Below, in pieces: positions 40,989 to 49,856 of a stretch of DNA of 64,000 nt. Location of the stretch: contig CAVPXI010000007.1 in assembly GCA_963709585.1 (NCBI GenBank), positions 160,001 through 224,000 of the forward strand, read 5' to 3'. The DNA is from Candidatus Dormiibacterota bacterium (lineage in GTDB: Bacteria > Chloroflexota > Dormibacteria > Aeolococcales > Aeolococcaceae). The stretch's first letter is position 1, and each line of letters begins with the position of its first letter. Below the pieces are notes generated by a model. That model saw only the letters and a program-made list of their open reading frames with translations. It made no database searches and was not told the DNA's origin. The translations under genes and the position numbers were made by a program.

Positions 40989-41339
40989 ATGCGCATGCGG
41001 TATCTGCTCCTGTTCGCGGGAGACCAAGTGGCCTTCAACGCGATGCAACCCGTCGACACGCAGGCGATGTACTCCGAGATCGGTCGCTGGTGGTCCAAAC
41101 ACTTAGAGGGTGGAACCCTCGTCAGCGGCGAACAGCTCGAGCCGCCGAAGACAGCGACGACGGTGCGGCACGAGGGTGGCGACAGCTATGTCGTCGATGG
41201 TCCGTTCATCGAGGCCAAGGAGCACATCGGCGGGTTTGCCGTCGTCGAAGTCGGAACTCTCGATGAGGCGTTGGAGCTCGCTCGCACCTGGCCTGCGGGC
41301 GGCAGCGTGGAAGTACGGCGGGTCGTCGAACGGGGCTGA
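40989..41339 (+). CDS. YciI family (DGPFAETKE-type) protein
   Basis: 'DGPFIEAKEHIGGF'; AGGAG RBS. Confidence 0.9.
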   Translation: MRMRYLLLFAGDQVAFNAMQPVDTQAMYSEIGRWWSKHLEGGTLVSGEQLEPPKTATTVRHEGGDSYVVDGPFIEAKEHIGGFAVVEVGTLDEALELARTWPAGGSVEVRRVVERG

Positions 41340-41371
41340 GGACGAGGCGCGAAAGCGTGGCCCTCGAGGGA

Positions 41372-41419
41372 TTGCGCCAACGTTTTGCGGACGCGTATCA
41401 TTCAACCCTATGGTTGAAT
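41372..41419 (+). promoter_or_regulatory. Promoter and ArsR operator overlapping the start codon
   Basis: TTGCGC-N18-TATCAT; palindrome ATTCAACC-CTAT-GGTTGAAT at 41400-41419. Confidence 0.75.
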
Positions 41420-41742
41420 ATGAGCCGAGGTTGGACGGAACATTTGCAGCGTTGAGCCACCCCGTGCGACGAGAGATGCTCACCGCACTTCGTGGCGGGC
41501 CGATGCGGGTGACCGAACTCGCCGAACCGTTCACCGTCTCGCTCGCCGCATCCTCCAAACACATCAGGGTCCTCGAGCACGCGGGGCTTGTCGCCCGCAG
41601 GATTTCAGGGCGCGATCATTTGCTCGCCCTCGAAGCGCTTCCGCTTGCGGGGGCAGGGCACTGGATCAATGCCTACCGTCAGTTCTGGGAAGACCGCCTC
41701 GACGCCCTCGATGCCCAACTCCGCCGGAGATCACGCGGATGA
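41410..41742 (+). CDS. ArsR/SmtB family regulator
   Basis: 'FAALSHPVRR', 'SKHIRVLEHAGLV'. Confidence 0.92.
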   Translation: MVEYEPRLDGTFAALSHPVRREMLTALRGGPMRVTELAEPFTVSLAASSKHIRVLEHAGLVARRISGRDHLLALEALPLAGAGHWINAYRQFWEDRLDALDAQLRRRSRG

Positions 41743-42218
41743 CCGAGGCGCCGCGGCCGGCATCGGCCAACGCCGTTCGCGTTGAGCGATTGCTCCCAGC
41801 CCCGATCGACGAGGTCTATGCGGCCTGGACTGATCCGGAACAGATGGCGCCATGGCTGGCCCCGACCGGCCATGCCGAAGTCGAGGCGGACGTGCGAGTG
41901 GGGGGCCAGTTCCGCGTGACCATGATTGACGGCGACTTTCGCCTCCTGCACACCGGCGAATACCTGGTGGTTGAACCACCCCGCCGGCTCTCGTTCACAT
42001 GGCGCTCGCCATACACAGGCCCCGATCCCAGCCAGGTCGACGTCATCCTCACCGCGCGCGGGTCGGCGACACTTCTGGTTCTTCTGCACGACCGGCTGCC
42101 GGACGAGACGAGGTCATCGCACGAGGGTGGTTGGGCGACGATTCTCGATCGCCTGACTGCGTCGTTGGAGCGTCGGATCACGGCTACGCCCGAGCGAACA
42201 GAGGGAGTGACTCAGTGA
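41739..42218 (+). CDS. SRPBCC (AHSA1-like) domain protein
   Basis: 'VYAAWTDP', 'PPRRLSFTW', 'HEGGW'. Confidence 0.9.
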   Translation: MTEAPRPASANAVRVERLLPAPIDEVYAAWTDPEQMAPWLAPTGHAEVEADVRVGGQFRVTMIDGDFRLLHTGEYLVVEPPRRLSFTWRSPYTGPDPSQVDVILTARGSATLLVLLHDRLPDETRSSHEGGWATILDRLTASLERRITATPERTEGVTQ

Positions 42219-42682
42219 CCGTCGATGTCCGAACCGAAATCGACATGGACGTTCCGCGTGAGACGGTTGCGGCATACGCGATGGACCCCGACAACGCCAC
42301 GATCTGGTACGAGAACATCAGGTCCGTGACGTGGGAGACGCCCAAGCCGCTCGGCATCGGCTCACGTTTTGCGTTCGTCGCCCGATTTCTCGGCCGCCGG
42401 TTTGCCTACGTCTATGAGGTCAGGGAATTGGTGCCCGGCCAGCGTTTCGTGATGTCCACCGCCCAGGGACCTTTCCCAATGGAGACAAGCTACGAATGGG
42501 AGGACACCTCGACTGGCGGGACTCGAATGACGATCAGGAATCGTGGTGAGCCATCGGGCTTCTCCAAAGTCGCCGCACCGATGATGTCCCGAGCCATGCA
42601 CCGCGCTAACAACAAGGACCTGCACCGCTTCAAGGTCATCCTCGAGTCGGGCACGGCTCAGTCGATTTCGAAAGCGGGCTAA
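42215..42682 (+). CDS. SRPBCC family protein
   Basis: 'DPDNATIWYENI', 'GPFPMETSY'; coupled GTGA start. Confidence 0.88.
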   Translation: MTVDVRTEIDMDVPRETVAAYAMDPDNATIWYENIRSVTWETPKPLGIGSRFAFVARFLGRRFAYVYEVRELVPGQRFVMSTAQGPFPMETSYEWEDTSTGGTRMTIRNRGEPSGFSKVAAPMMSRAMHRANNKDLHRFKVILESGTAQSISKAG

Positions 42683-42732
42683 GGCGCTCCGAGCGTTCTG
42701 CGAAGGACCCTCCGGGCGTCAGTCAGAGCGTT

Positions 42733-43155
42733 TCACACTTGGCCGATCTGCTGCAGGAAGGCGTGCCGATCGAAGTACGCCGCTTCCTCAACGATCTTGC
42801 CGTCGACGACATGATCGATAAAGACGATCTCCTGCGTGACCGTTCGGCCGGTCGGGGCGACATGTTCCCCGGTCGCCAGGGTCAAGTCCCCATTGTGCTG
42901 GGTAATGTCGCGCCATTCTGTGATGACGTAGTCGCCATCAACAAACTGCTGCAGGACCTCTGAATGTCCACTGTCATACGCACCGAGGAGCGTCGCAAAC
43001 ATTGTGCGGGCGGCATCAGCGCCCTCAGCACGCATCCCGGCGGGGCCGCGTATCACGACGTTGTCCGCGTACCTCGCCATCACACCGTCCAGATCCTTCC
43101 TGTCCCAGGCTGCGAACATCTCTGTCACCACCGTCCGCGGATCGGGTTTCGCCAT
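42733..43155 (-). CDS. SnoaL-like ester cyclase family protein
   Basis: AGGAGG RBS; 'APTGRTV', 'DGKIVE..YFD'. Confidence 0.88.
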   Translation of the reverse strand: MAKPDPRTVVTEMFAAWDRKDLDGVMARYADNVVIRGPAGMRAEGADAARTMFATLLGAYDSGHSEVLQQFVDGDYVITEWRDITQHNGDLTLATGEHVAPTGRTVTQEIVFIDHVVDGKIVEEAAYFDRHAFLQQIGQV

Positions 43156-43219
43156 GGTCCACCTCCTGCCTTTGAACCACCGAGCATAGCCTCAGCGCAC
43201 GGGCTACCTCCTGAATGGG

Positions 43220-43975
43220 CTAGCCGCGCACCGAAGGCGTCCCTGCGCCATGGAAGGCGATCACCGCCCTCCCGATGACCCCGTCAAGCTCCGACTTGAT
43301 CACCGCGTAGCACTCGCACGCGACCGCTTCGAGGCCAGGGCGATCGGTGATGGTTACCCGACCACTCCGGACGGTGATGAGCCGACCGGCTTGAAGATGC
43401 TGCGCAGCCCGCCTCACGGTGGCCTCCCCCGAACCGAGCAAGTGGCCCAGGAGCTGGTGGGTGATGGCGAACTCGTCGGTGGCGAGGCGATCGCTCCCGG
43501 ACAGCAGCCAGCGCGCGAGGCGTTCTGTCGTTGAGTGCAGCCGGTTGCACGCGACAGCCTGGGAGAGCTGGTTGAAGACGGACCGGAGATAGTCGTTCAC
43601 GACTTCGTGCAGATCGACGTCCCTCTCAACCTCGCGAGTGAAGGCGATTGCCTCAATACGGTCGATCCAGCCGCCGAGGGAGCAGATTGCCTCAACCGCT
43701 AGCGAGCCTCCGAGCACCACCGGCACCCCGACGATCCCTTCGTTGCCGACCGAGGCGACCTCCACGCTACTGCCGTCATCGAACGTGGTGATCAGCGAGA
43801 CCACACAGGTGCGCGGGAAGTCGACGACGTCGATGCGTTGACCGGCGTCGAAGAGCACGGTGTTGGGTTCAAGCCGCACGTGGCTGACCGCTGCCATGAG
43901 GCGATTGCGTGGAGCGTCGGGAAGGCTGTCGAGCAGGCGGTTAGTCCCGCCAGAGACTCCGCTGCCGCTGTTCAC
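43220..43975 (-). CDS. Crp/Fnr family regulator
   Basis: cNMP-type domain 'VGNEG', 'ACNRLH..ERLARWLL', C-terminal HTH, 'ACECY'. Confidence 0.9.
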   Translation of the reverse strand: MNSGSGVSGGTNRLLDSLPDAPRNRLMAAVSHVRLEPNTVLFDAGQRIDVVDFPRTCVVSLITTFDDGSSVEVASVGNEGIVGVPVVLGGSLAVEAICSLGGWIDRIEAIAFTREVERDVDLHEVVNDYLRSVFNQLSQAVACNRLHSTTERLARWLLSGSDRLATDEFAITHQLLGHLLGSGEATVRRAAQHLQAGRLITVRSGRVTITDRPGLEAVACECYAVIKSELDGVIGRAVIAFHGAGTPSVRG

Positions 43976-44123
43976 CCTGGGTTTCCCCCAGTCGCAACCC
44001 GCGCCGAGCGATGGTGACGGCCGGCCTGTCCGTCGCCTCGCCCCCCGATGCTACTCGCCCGGGCTCGCGGTGTCCACGACAGATTCTTGCCGCGTCGAAG
44101 TTGCTGAACTTGTTACGCCCTGA

Positions 44124-44330
44124 ATGTCACTCTCACCGGATGACGACGAGAGATGGGTGATGGCGCCGCCATCGGGGGAGGACACCCTCCAGGTTCGACA
44201 AACGTATCTGAGGAGACGTCGCGCGCGCCATGTCGGCACCTGGCAGCGCACCGCGATCCGCGTCGTCGTGGCCGCGACCGTGTGCTGGCTCTGCATCGCC
44301 GGCTTCACCGTCTTCGTCTTCGGATCCTGA
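44124..44330 (+). CDS. Possible small membrane protein
   Basis: Basic stretch followed by a C-terminal TM helix; no clear RBS. Confidence 0.35.
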   Translation: MSLSPDDDERWVMAPPSGEDTLQVRQTYLRRRRARHVGTWQRTAIRVVVAATVCWLCIAGFTVFVFGS

Positions 44331-44396
44331 TGGATTCGCCCACCCACGCAACGCAAACCACGGTGAATTAGCCCAATACAAGGAGGCGAACAAGAG

Positions 44397-44708
44397 ATGG
44401 TTGCACTGGTTTCGGTCACTCTCGATCCGGGGTCGATCCTGGTCTGGGCTCTGATTGGCCTGATTGCGGGCTTCCTGGCCAGCAGGGTCATGATCGGCCA
44501 TGGCTTGGGGTTGCTGGGGGACATCGTGGTCGGGATTGTCGGCGCAATCGCTGGCGGATTCCTCGCTCGCTACCTTGGCGTGACAACGGCGGCCACGAGC
44601 CACTCGATTGTTGCGGAAGTCATCATTGCGTTTGTGGGCGCGGTCATCCTGCTCGCGATCCTGCGTGTCGTCGGCGTGGGGAAGCGCCGCCGCAGCATGT
44701 TCCGGTGA
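44397..44708 (+). CDS. GlsB/YeaQ/YmgE (transglycosylase-associated) membrane protein
   Basis: AAGGAGG RBS; 'IGLIAGFLA..GLLGDIVVGIVGA..GG'. Confidence 0.88.
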   Translation: MVALVSVTLDPGSILVWALIGLIAGFLASRVMIGHGLGLLGDIVVGIVGAIAGGFLARYLGVTTAATSHSIVAEVIIAFVGAVILLAILRVVGVGKRRRSMFR

Positions 44709-44825
44709 CGTCAGGGCACCCGTTGACGCTGTTGCTGCAATTGTTACTGCGCGGCACGGAGTGTCGCCTCATCTAATGACAGGCTGGACGGCGCCTGTTA
44801 CCTACGTCCAAACAGAGGGCTACAT

Positions 44826-45065
44826 ATGCTGGCGGTCGACGTCAGGGACTCCGATCTCGTACTGGCAATGCCCCACCGCCATGGCGGTGTCGCCCGCATA
44901 CTCGTGGCGCTCGAGGATGCCGGACTTGGCGTGAGCCGGATCGAGCCCCGAATTGGAGAGGCGGGGATGTACCGCTTGACAGTCAAGGGCAGCGCAGAAA
45001 TCGCCGTCAGAATCCTTGAAGGAATCGGGTGCCGGGTCACCCCGTCGCAGTACCCGCCGGCATAG
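44826..45065 (+). CDS. Hypothetical protein (ACT-like)
   Basis: GAGG RBS; 'PHRHGGVARILVALEDAGL' resembles an ACT motif. Confidence 0.5.
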   Translation: MLAVDVRDSDLVLAMPHRHGGVARILVALEDAGLGVSRIEPRIGEAGMYRLTVKGSAEIAVRILEGIGCRVTPSQYPPA

Positions 45066-45204
45066 GGACAGCCATTGCCGAGCGGCCCGGAATGTCCGCG
45101 CCGACGATGTTGCTGCGAATGTTACGACCGGCGTCACAGGCTGATCAGATCTCAGCTCGACGACACACGCGGGCTGAATTAGACGAATCACTCAAGGGGT
45201 GCAC

Positions 45205-45360
45205 ATGATCGTTCTTGGCGTTCTGTTGTTGATCATCGGCTTCGTCGCGGCGATCCCGATCTTCTGGACTGTTGGGATCATTCTCCTCGTCATCGGGATC
45301 GTACTCGAGCTCCTGGGCACGGCCGGACACGCGGTGGCGGGTCGGCGGCACTACTACTGA
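45205..45360 (+). CDS. Small membrane protein (DUF6131-like, 51 aa); not in the ORF track
   Basis: MIVLGVLLLIIG...GHAVAGRRHYY*; AAGGGG RBS. Confidence 0.8.
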   Translation: MIVLGVLLLIIGFVAAIPIFWTVGIILLVIGIVLELLGTAGHAVAGRRHYY

Positions 45361-45450
45361 GGCCTCGTTCGTTCACCGACTGTTCGAACTGAAGAGGCCG
45401 TTAACGTGGAGGAGCCCGGCCCGAAGGCCGACCGGTCCATGAGAGTCGGC

Positions 45451-45849
45451 TTAGCGCGACGCGACAGCCGCTAGTTCCTTCCAGGCGCTCTCGAGCGCCG
45501 AAATGTTCTCGCTGCCGAGCACCAGACGCGTGTCGGTCGCGAGGTACACGGTTGTCAGGTTGATGCCGGCGTCGGCGAGGCGACGGGTGACCTTGCCAAG
45601 CATGCCGGGATGATTGTCGATGCGCTCAACGATCACTTCGGTCTCGCGAATGACCTTGTAGCCGACCTTGGTGATGGCGCCGCTGGTTGCGGCCTTGTCC
45701 GTGGTCAGCAGGTGGAAGATCACGCTCCCGTTGTTCTCGACGGCGCACAGGCCCTCGATATTGATCTTCTCGCGGCCGAGCTCCTCGGCGAGCGTTGCAA
45801 GGCTGCCCTTGCTGTTCGGTACGACGATGGTGAAGTCATATGCGTGCAT
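45451..45849 (-). CDS. Tandem ACT domain protein
   Basis: AGGAGG RBS; 'PNSKGSLA..INIE', 'DNHPGMLG..LADAGINL'. Confidence 0.88.
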   Translation of the reverse strand: MHAYDFTIVVPNSKGSLATLAEELGREKINIEGLCAVENNGSVIFHLLTTDKAATSGAITKVGYKVIRETEVIVERIDNHPGMLGKVTRRLADAGINLTTVYLATDTRLVLGSENISALESAWKELAAVASR

Positions 45850-46080
45850 GACTGGCCTCCTGTATCGGGCGCCGACTATCTTCGGCTGGCCCACGACCCA
45901 CCCTGCGCGTGGTGTCACACGATATGCAACCGCTGCGAAGACCGCATTGCCGTCGCGCGACGCACACCGGTCGAAACCCTTGGCGTGAGCCTCGCAGCAC
46001 TCGGCGGAGTGAACCTGATGACTGCGGATGCGCGGATGGTTGAACTCAGAGCAACCCGCAGCCGCAGAACCGATGGGAAC

Positions 46081-46497
46081 TCAGCTGACAACGATTGTGC
46101 CGACCATCCCCGAATGGATGCTGCAGTGATATTGATAGGTGCCGGCGGTTGTGAACTTCACCTCCCATGTGGCACCCGGCTGGAGCGACGGATCGCTCAG
46201 CGATGGTTCGGTGTCGAAGGTGATCGTGTGCTCCACTGAGCCCGTATTGGTCCACTGAATGATGTCGCCGACGTGCGCCGTCTGCATCACCGGATCGAAC
46301 ATCAGCTGACCGGTGGCCGAGATCTTCACCGCGGCCGTTCCGAGGCTGACGGCGGCGATTCCCACGCTCACCGCAGGCGGTGAGGAACTGGAAGCTGGGC
46401 TGTTTGTGCTCCCACCGCCACATGCGACGAGGCCGAGGCTGAGGAGCAGTCCCATGGCGACTAGAGCGCGGCCAAACACGACAAGTCCTCCTCGCAT
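46081..46497 (-). CDS. Cupredoxin (plastocyanin-like) lipoprotein
   Basis: Lipobox LVAC; type-1 Cu ligands H..C-SI-H-SG-M. Confidence 0.9.
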   Translation of the reverse strand: MRGGLVVFGRALVAMGLLLSLGLVACGGGSTNSPASSSSPPAVSVGIAAVSLGTAAVKISATGQLMFDPVMQTAHVGDIIQWTNTGSVEHTITFDTEPSLSDPSLQPGATWEVKFTTAGTYQYHCSIHSGMVGTIVVS

Positions 46498-46634
46498 AAA
46501 CGCCCGACCAATGGCAGCGGCGAAGTAAGCCGCCCCCTGTCAGTTGGGAAAGTCAAACAAGAAATACGGATGGGGGTTACGCGAGGGCGCGGTTGCGCGC
46601 GGGGAAACGGCCGTTCCGGCGTATAACTCGCGTC

Positions 46635-47222
46635 ATGGCTGACCAATTCGATGCGGCGTACCTGGAAGGATCGCCCCCATGGAACATCGGCCGCGCTCAG
46701 CCTGAGTTGGTGAAGTTGGCTGAGGCGGGCCGGATCACCGGGCGGGTCATCGACCTCGGCTGCGGCACCGGGGAGAACGCTCTCTACATTGCCACGTTGG
46801 GTCTCGACGTCGTGGGCGTCGACGGAGCGCCGGAGGCCATCCGCCAGGCACGCGTCAAGGCGAACACGCATGGGATATCGATGAAGTTCGACGTCGCCGA
46901 CGTCCTCGACCTCGGTGACTACCGCGAGAGCTTTGACACCGCCACCGACTCGGGCGTGTTTCATGTGTTCGATGACAAGGACCGTCCTCGTTATCAACGC
47001 AGCGTACGCGGAGTACTCCGCCCGGGTGGACATCTCTTCCTGCTGTGCTTCAGTGAGCGTCAGCCCGGGGACTGGGGCCCGCGGCGTGTTACGCAACGAG
47101 AGATCCGCGAGACGTTCTCCGACGGTTGGCATGTGGAAAGCATCGATGAAGCTCACCTCGAAACCAACCTCGATGACGCGCCGCAAGTGGACGCATGGCT
47201 GGCGGCGCTGACGCGTCTCTAA
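46635..47222 (+). CDS. Class I SAM-dependent methyltransferase
   Basis: 'PPWNIGRAQP', DLGCGTG; possibly leaderless after TATAAC. Confidence 0.9.
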   Translation: MADQFDAAYLEGSPPWNIGRAQPELVKLAEAGRITGRVIDLGCGTGENALYIATLGLDVVGVDGAPEAIRQARVKANTHGISMKFDVADVLDLGDYRESFDTATDSGVFHVFDDKDRPRYQRSVRGVLRPGGHLFLLCFSERQPGDWGPRRVTQREIRETFSDGWHVESIDEAHLETNLDDAPQVDAWLAALTRL

Positions 47223-47367
47223 AGCGATCACTGCCGCCTTGTTTCTTGCACGCTGATGAGACCACACGGGCATGCGCGGACTATGTGACGTGTTTGCTCT
47301 GGTATAGGCGATTCGTACTTTGCTCTCCAGCAATGCGCAACGCTCACCTCAAAGGTCGGAAATTCAG

Positions 47368-49812
47368 ATGGCACACCGCGAAAAGCAAGGATCAGTCCGC
47401 GCAGCTGACGTCAATCTCGACGGCACCCGCGAGTACGGCACTGCTGCAGTTGCACCAGTCACCCCAATGGCTTTCACCAGCCTTGAGACGCCGCTGCCCG
47501 CAGCGAAAGTTCCTGTAGCTGTGGTGTCAGTCGATGACCCCGAGGTTCGGGTCAAGGCCGTCAGCCACGTCTGGATGCTGTATGCGGCCCTGGGGGCTGC
47601 AGCGATCCTGGTGTACTACCAGTTGCCCAAGGGCGGGGTTGCCCAGGGGATCCTGCTGACGGTTGCGAACGGGTCCGCGGTGGTCGCCGCGCTGCGTGCC
47701 GCGCTGCGCACCAGCCAGTTGAATCGACTTATCTGGATCGCACTGGCGGCGTCGATGGCGTTGTCGACTTTCGCAAATGGCCCCTACTATCTGTACCCGC
47801 ACATCAGCGGGCACGCGGTTCCCTTCCCGGGTCCGGTGGACATCCTGTGGTTGCTGACGTATCCGTGCTTTGTGGTGGCGCTGCTTGCCATCGGCAAGCA
47901 ACGGCAAGGTGGGCACCAAGGAGACCTGCTCGACGCCGCGATCATGACCATCGCCGGTGGAACCCTGATGTGGCTGTTTGTCATCGGTCCCAGCATCCGG
48001 GCGCCCGGTGAGTTCGTCTTTGAGCACATCGTGTCCGCCGCGTACCCGACGATGGATCTGATGGTCTTTGCCGTCCTGGTTCGCCTCTCACTTTCCGGCT
48101 TGAGCAAAAGCGGTGCGTCGCGCCTGCTGGTGGCGAGCTTTATCGCGCTCCTCGCCGCCGACATGGTCTACGCGCTCGGCATCCTCAACGGCACCTACGC
48201 GTTCGGCGGGCCAACCGACGGATTGTGGATGGCCTCCTACATGTTGATCGGCATCGCTGCGACACATCCATCAGCTCGCGCGTTCCCCCGGCTGCCGTCC
48301 ACGGCCCATGTCCAGGTGAACAAGAGCCGCCTGGGTTCCCTATGCCTGGCGGTGCTCGTCGGACCGTCGCTCCTGGTCTTCGACGGCAAGGACGTGGCCA
48401 TCGTCGCTGCGGCTTCGGGGCTCTCATTTCTGCTCGTCATGGCCCGCATGACCGGGCTCAACTGGAGCCTCGCTGCACTGGGAATCGAGCTGGAGGCACA
48501 AGCGACGACTGATGCACTCACCGGCCTGCTCAACCGGTCGGCATTCAACCATGCGATCGCCGCCGCGTTGAAAGATCACCACGAGCGAGTGGGCATGCTG
48601 ATGATCGATCTGGACGACTTCAAACGCGTCAACGATCTTGCAGGACACTCGTCAGGAGATGCCGTCCTCGTTGAAGTGGCGCAGCGCATGCGCAGCATCG
48701 GTCGTTCAACCGACGTCAGGGCGCGTCTGGGTGGCGACGAGTTCGCGGTGCTGGTCACCGGTCAGACCGACCCCACACGACTCGGAGAGCGCCTGATCGA
48801 AGCGCTGGCTGTCCGGTTCCTGGTTGGCGGACGCACCTTTTCCATCGGAGCCAGTGTCGGCTTCGTCATGGCCAGGGAGGGCATGGACCCAGAGCTCCTC
48901 ACCCAGGAGGCGGACATCGCGATGTACGCCGCCAAGGATCGAGGGAAGAACCGTCTGGTTGCATTCATGCCCTCGATGTACACGGATATCGTCGACGAGC
49001 AGGACTTCGCGCATGAACTCGAGGCTGCCCTCGACCGGAACGAGATCCGCTTGGAATATCAGCCGATCGTGCGGCTCGAGGACGAGGCGATAGTGGGCTA
49101 CGAGGCATTGGCGCGCTGGACACACCCTCGATTCGGTGAAGTTCCGCCGGATCGCTTCATCCCGGTTGCCGAAGTGTCAGGTGCGATCCTTCCGATCGGT
49201 CGATGGGTGCTCCGCACTGCACTGCACGATCTCACGCGGCTCGACGCGACGCGCGAGACCGGTCTGACAATGAATGTCAATGTGTCCGCGGTCCAATTGC
49301 TCGAGCCGGCGTTCGCATATGAGGTGGGGACGGCGCTGGAGAAGGCAGGAGTATCCGGCGAGCATCTGGTGCTCGAGATCACCGAGGGTGCGTTCGTCGA
49401 CGAGAAGAGCATCGCCGGCCAGCAGCTGCGCGATCTCCGCGCGCTCGGCATCCGGATCTCAGTCGACGACTTCGGCACGGGCTATTCGTCACTGGCGTAC
49501 CTCCAGCGACTGCCCGTCGAGGAGTTGAAGATCGCCCGCCTCTTTGTCGATGGGATCGACAAGGGACCCGCGGAGGGATCTGCAGCTCGCGCGATCATCC
49601 GGATGTGTGATGCCTTGAGCCTTCGGTGCATCGCTGAAGGCGTCGAGCGCGTAGAACAGATCGCCCCGCTTCGCGTGGCGGGTTGCGAGTTCGCTCAGGG
49701 ATTCCATTTTGGGCGGCCGATCCCCATCGAGCAGGTGCTGGAGTTGCGTCGACTGCGCCAGGCAGGAGAGGACGCCCACGGCGCCGACCTGCAGCTCGTT
49801 GGCGCTGCGTAA
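47368..49812 (+). CDS. Membrane-bound GGDEF-EAL protein
   Basis: ~9 TM; DLDDFK, GGDEF, YEAL, DDFGTGYSS; start uncertain. Confidence 0.92.
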   Translation: MAHREKQGSVRAADVNLDGTREYGTAAVAPVTPMAFTSLETPLPAAKVPVAVVSVDDPEVRVKAVSHVWMLYAALGAAAILVYYQLPKGGVAQGILLTVANGSAVVAALRAALRTSQLNRLIWIALAASMALSTFANGPYYLYPHISGHAVPFPGPVDILWLLTYPCFVVALLAIGKQRQGGHQGDLLDAAIMTIAGGTLMWLFVIGPSIRAPGEFVFEHIVSAAYPTMDLMVFAVLVRLSLSGLSKSGASRLLVASFIALLAADMVYALGILNGTYAFGGPTDGLWMASYMLIGIAATHPSARAFPRLPSTAHVQVNKSRLGSLCLAVLVGPSLLVFDGKDVAIVAAASGLSFLLVMARMTGLNWSLAALGIELEAQATTDALTGLLNRSAFNHAIAAALKDHHERVGMLMIDLDDFKRVNDLAGHSSGDAVLVEVAQRMRSIGRSTDVRARLGGDEFAVLVTGQTDPTRLGERLIEALAVRFLVGGRTFSIGASVGFVMAREGMDPELLTQEADIAMYAAKDRGKNRLVAFMPSMYTDIVDEQDFAHELEAALDRNEIRLEYQPIVRLEDEAIVGYEALARWTHPRFGEVPPDRFIPVAEVSGAILPIGRWVLRTALHDLTRLDATRETGLTMNVNVSAVQLLEPAFAYEVGTALEKAGVSGEHLVLEITEGAFVDEKSIAGQQLRDLRALGIRISVDDFGTGYSSLAYLQRLPVEELKIARLFVDGIDKGPAEGSAARAIIRMCDALSLRCIAEGVERVEQIAPLRVAGCEFAQGFHFGRPIPIEQVLELRRLRQAGEDAHGADLQLVGAA

Positions 49813-49856
49813 CCGAAGACGCCTCCCGCGGCCGGTCGAGGCCGCCGGCACCGTTG

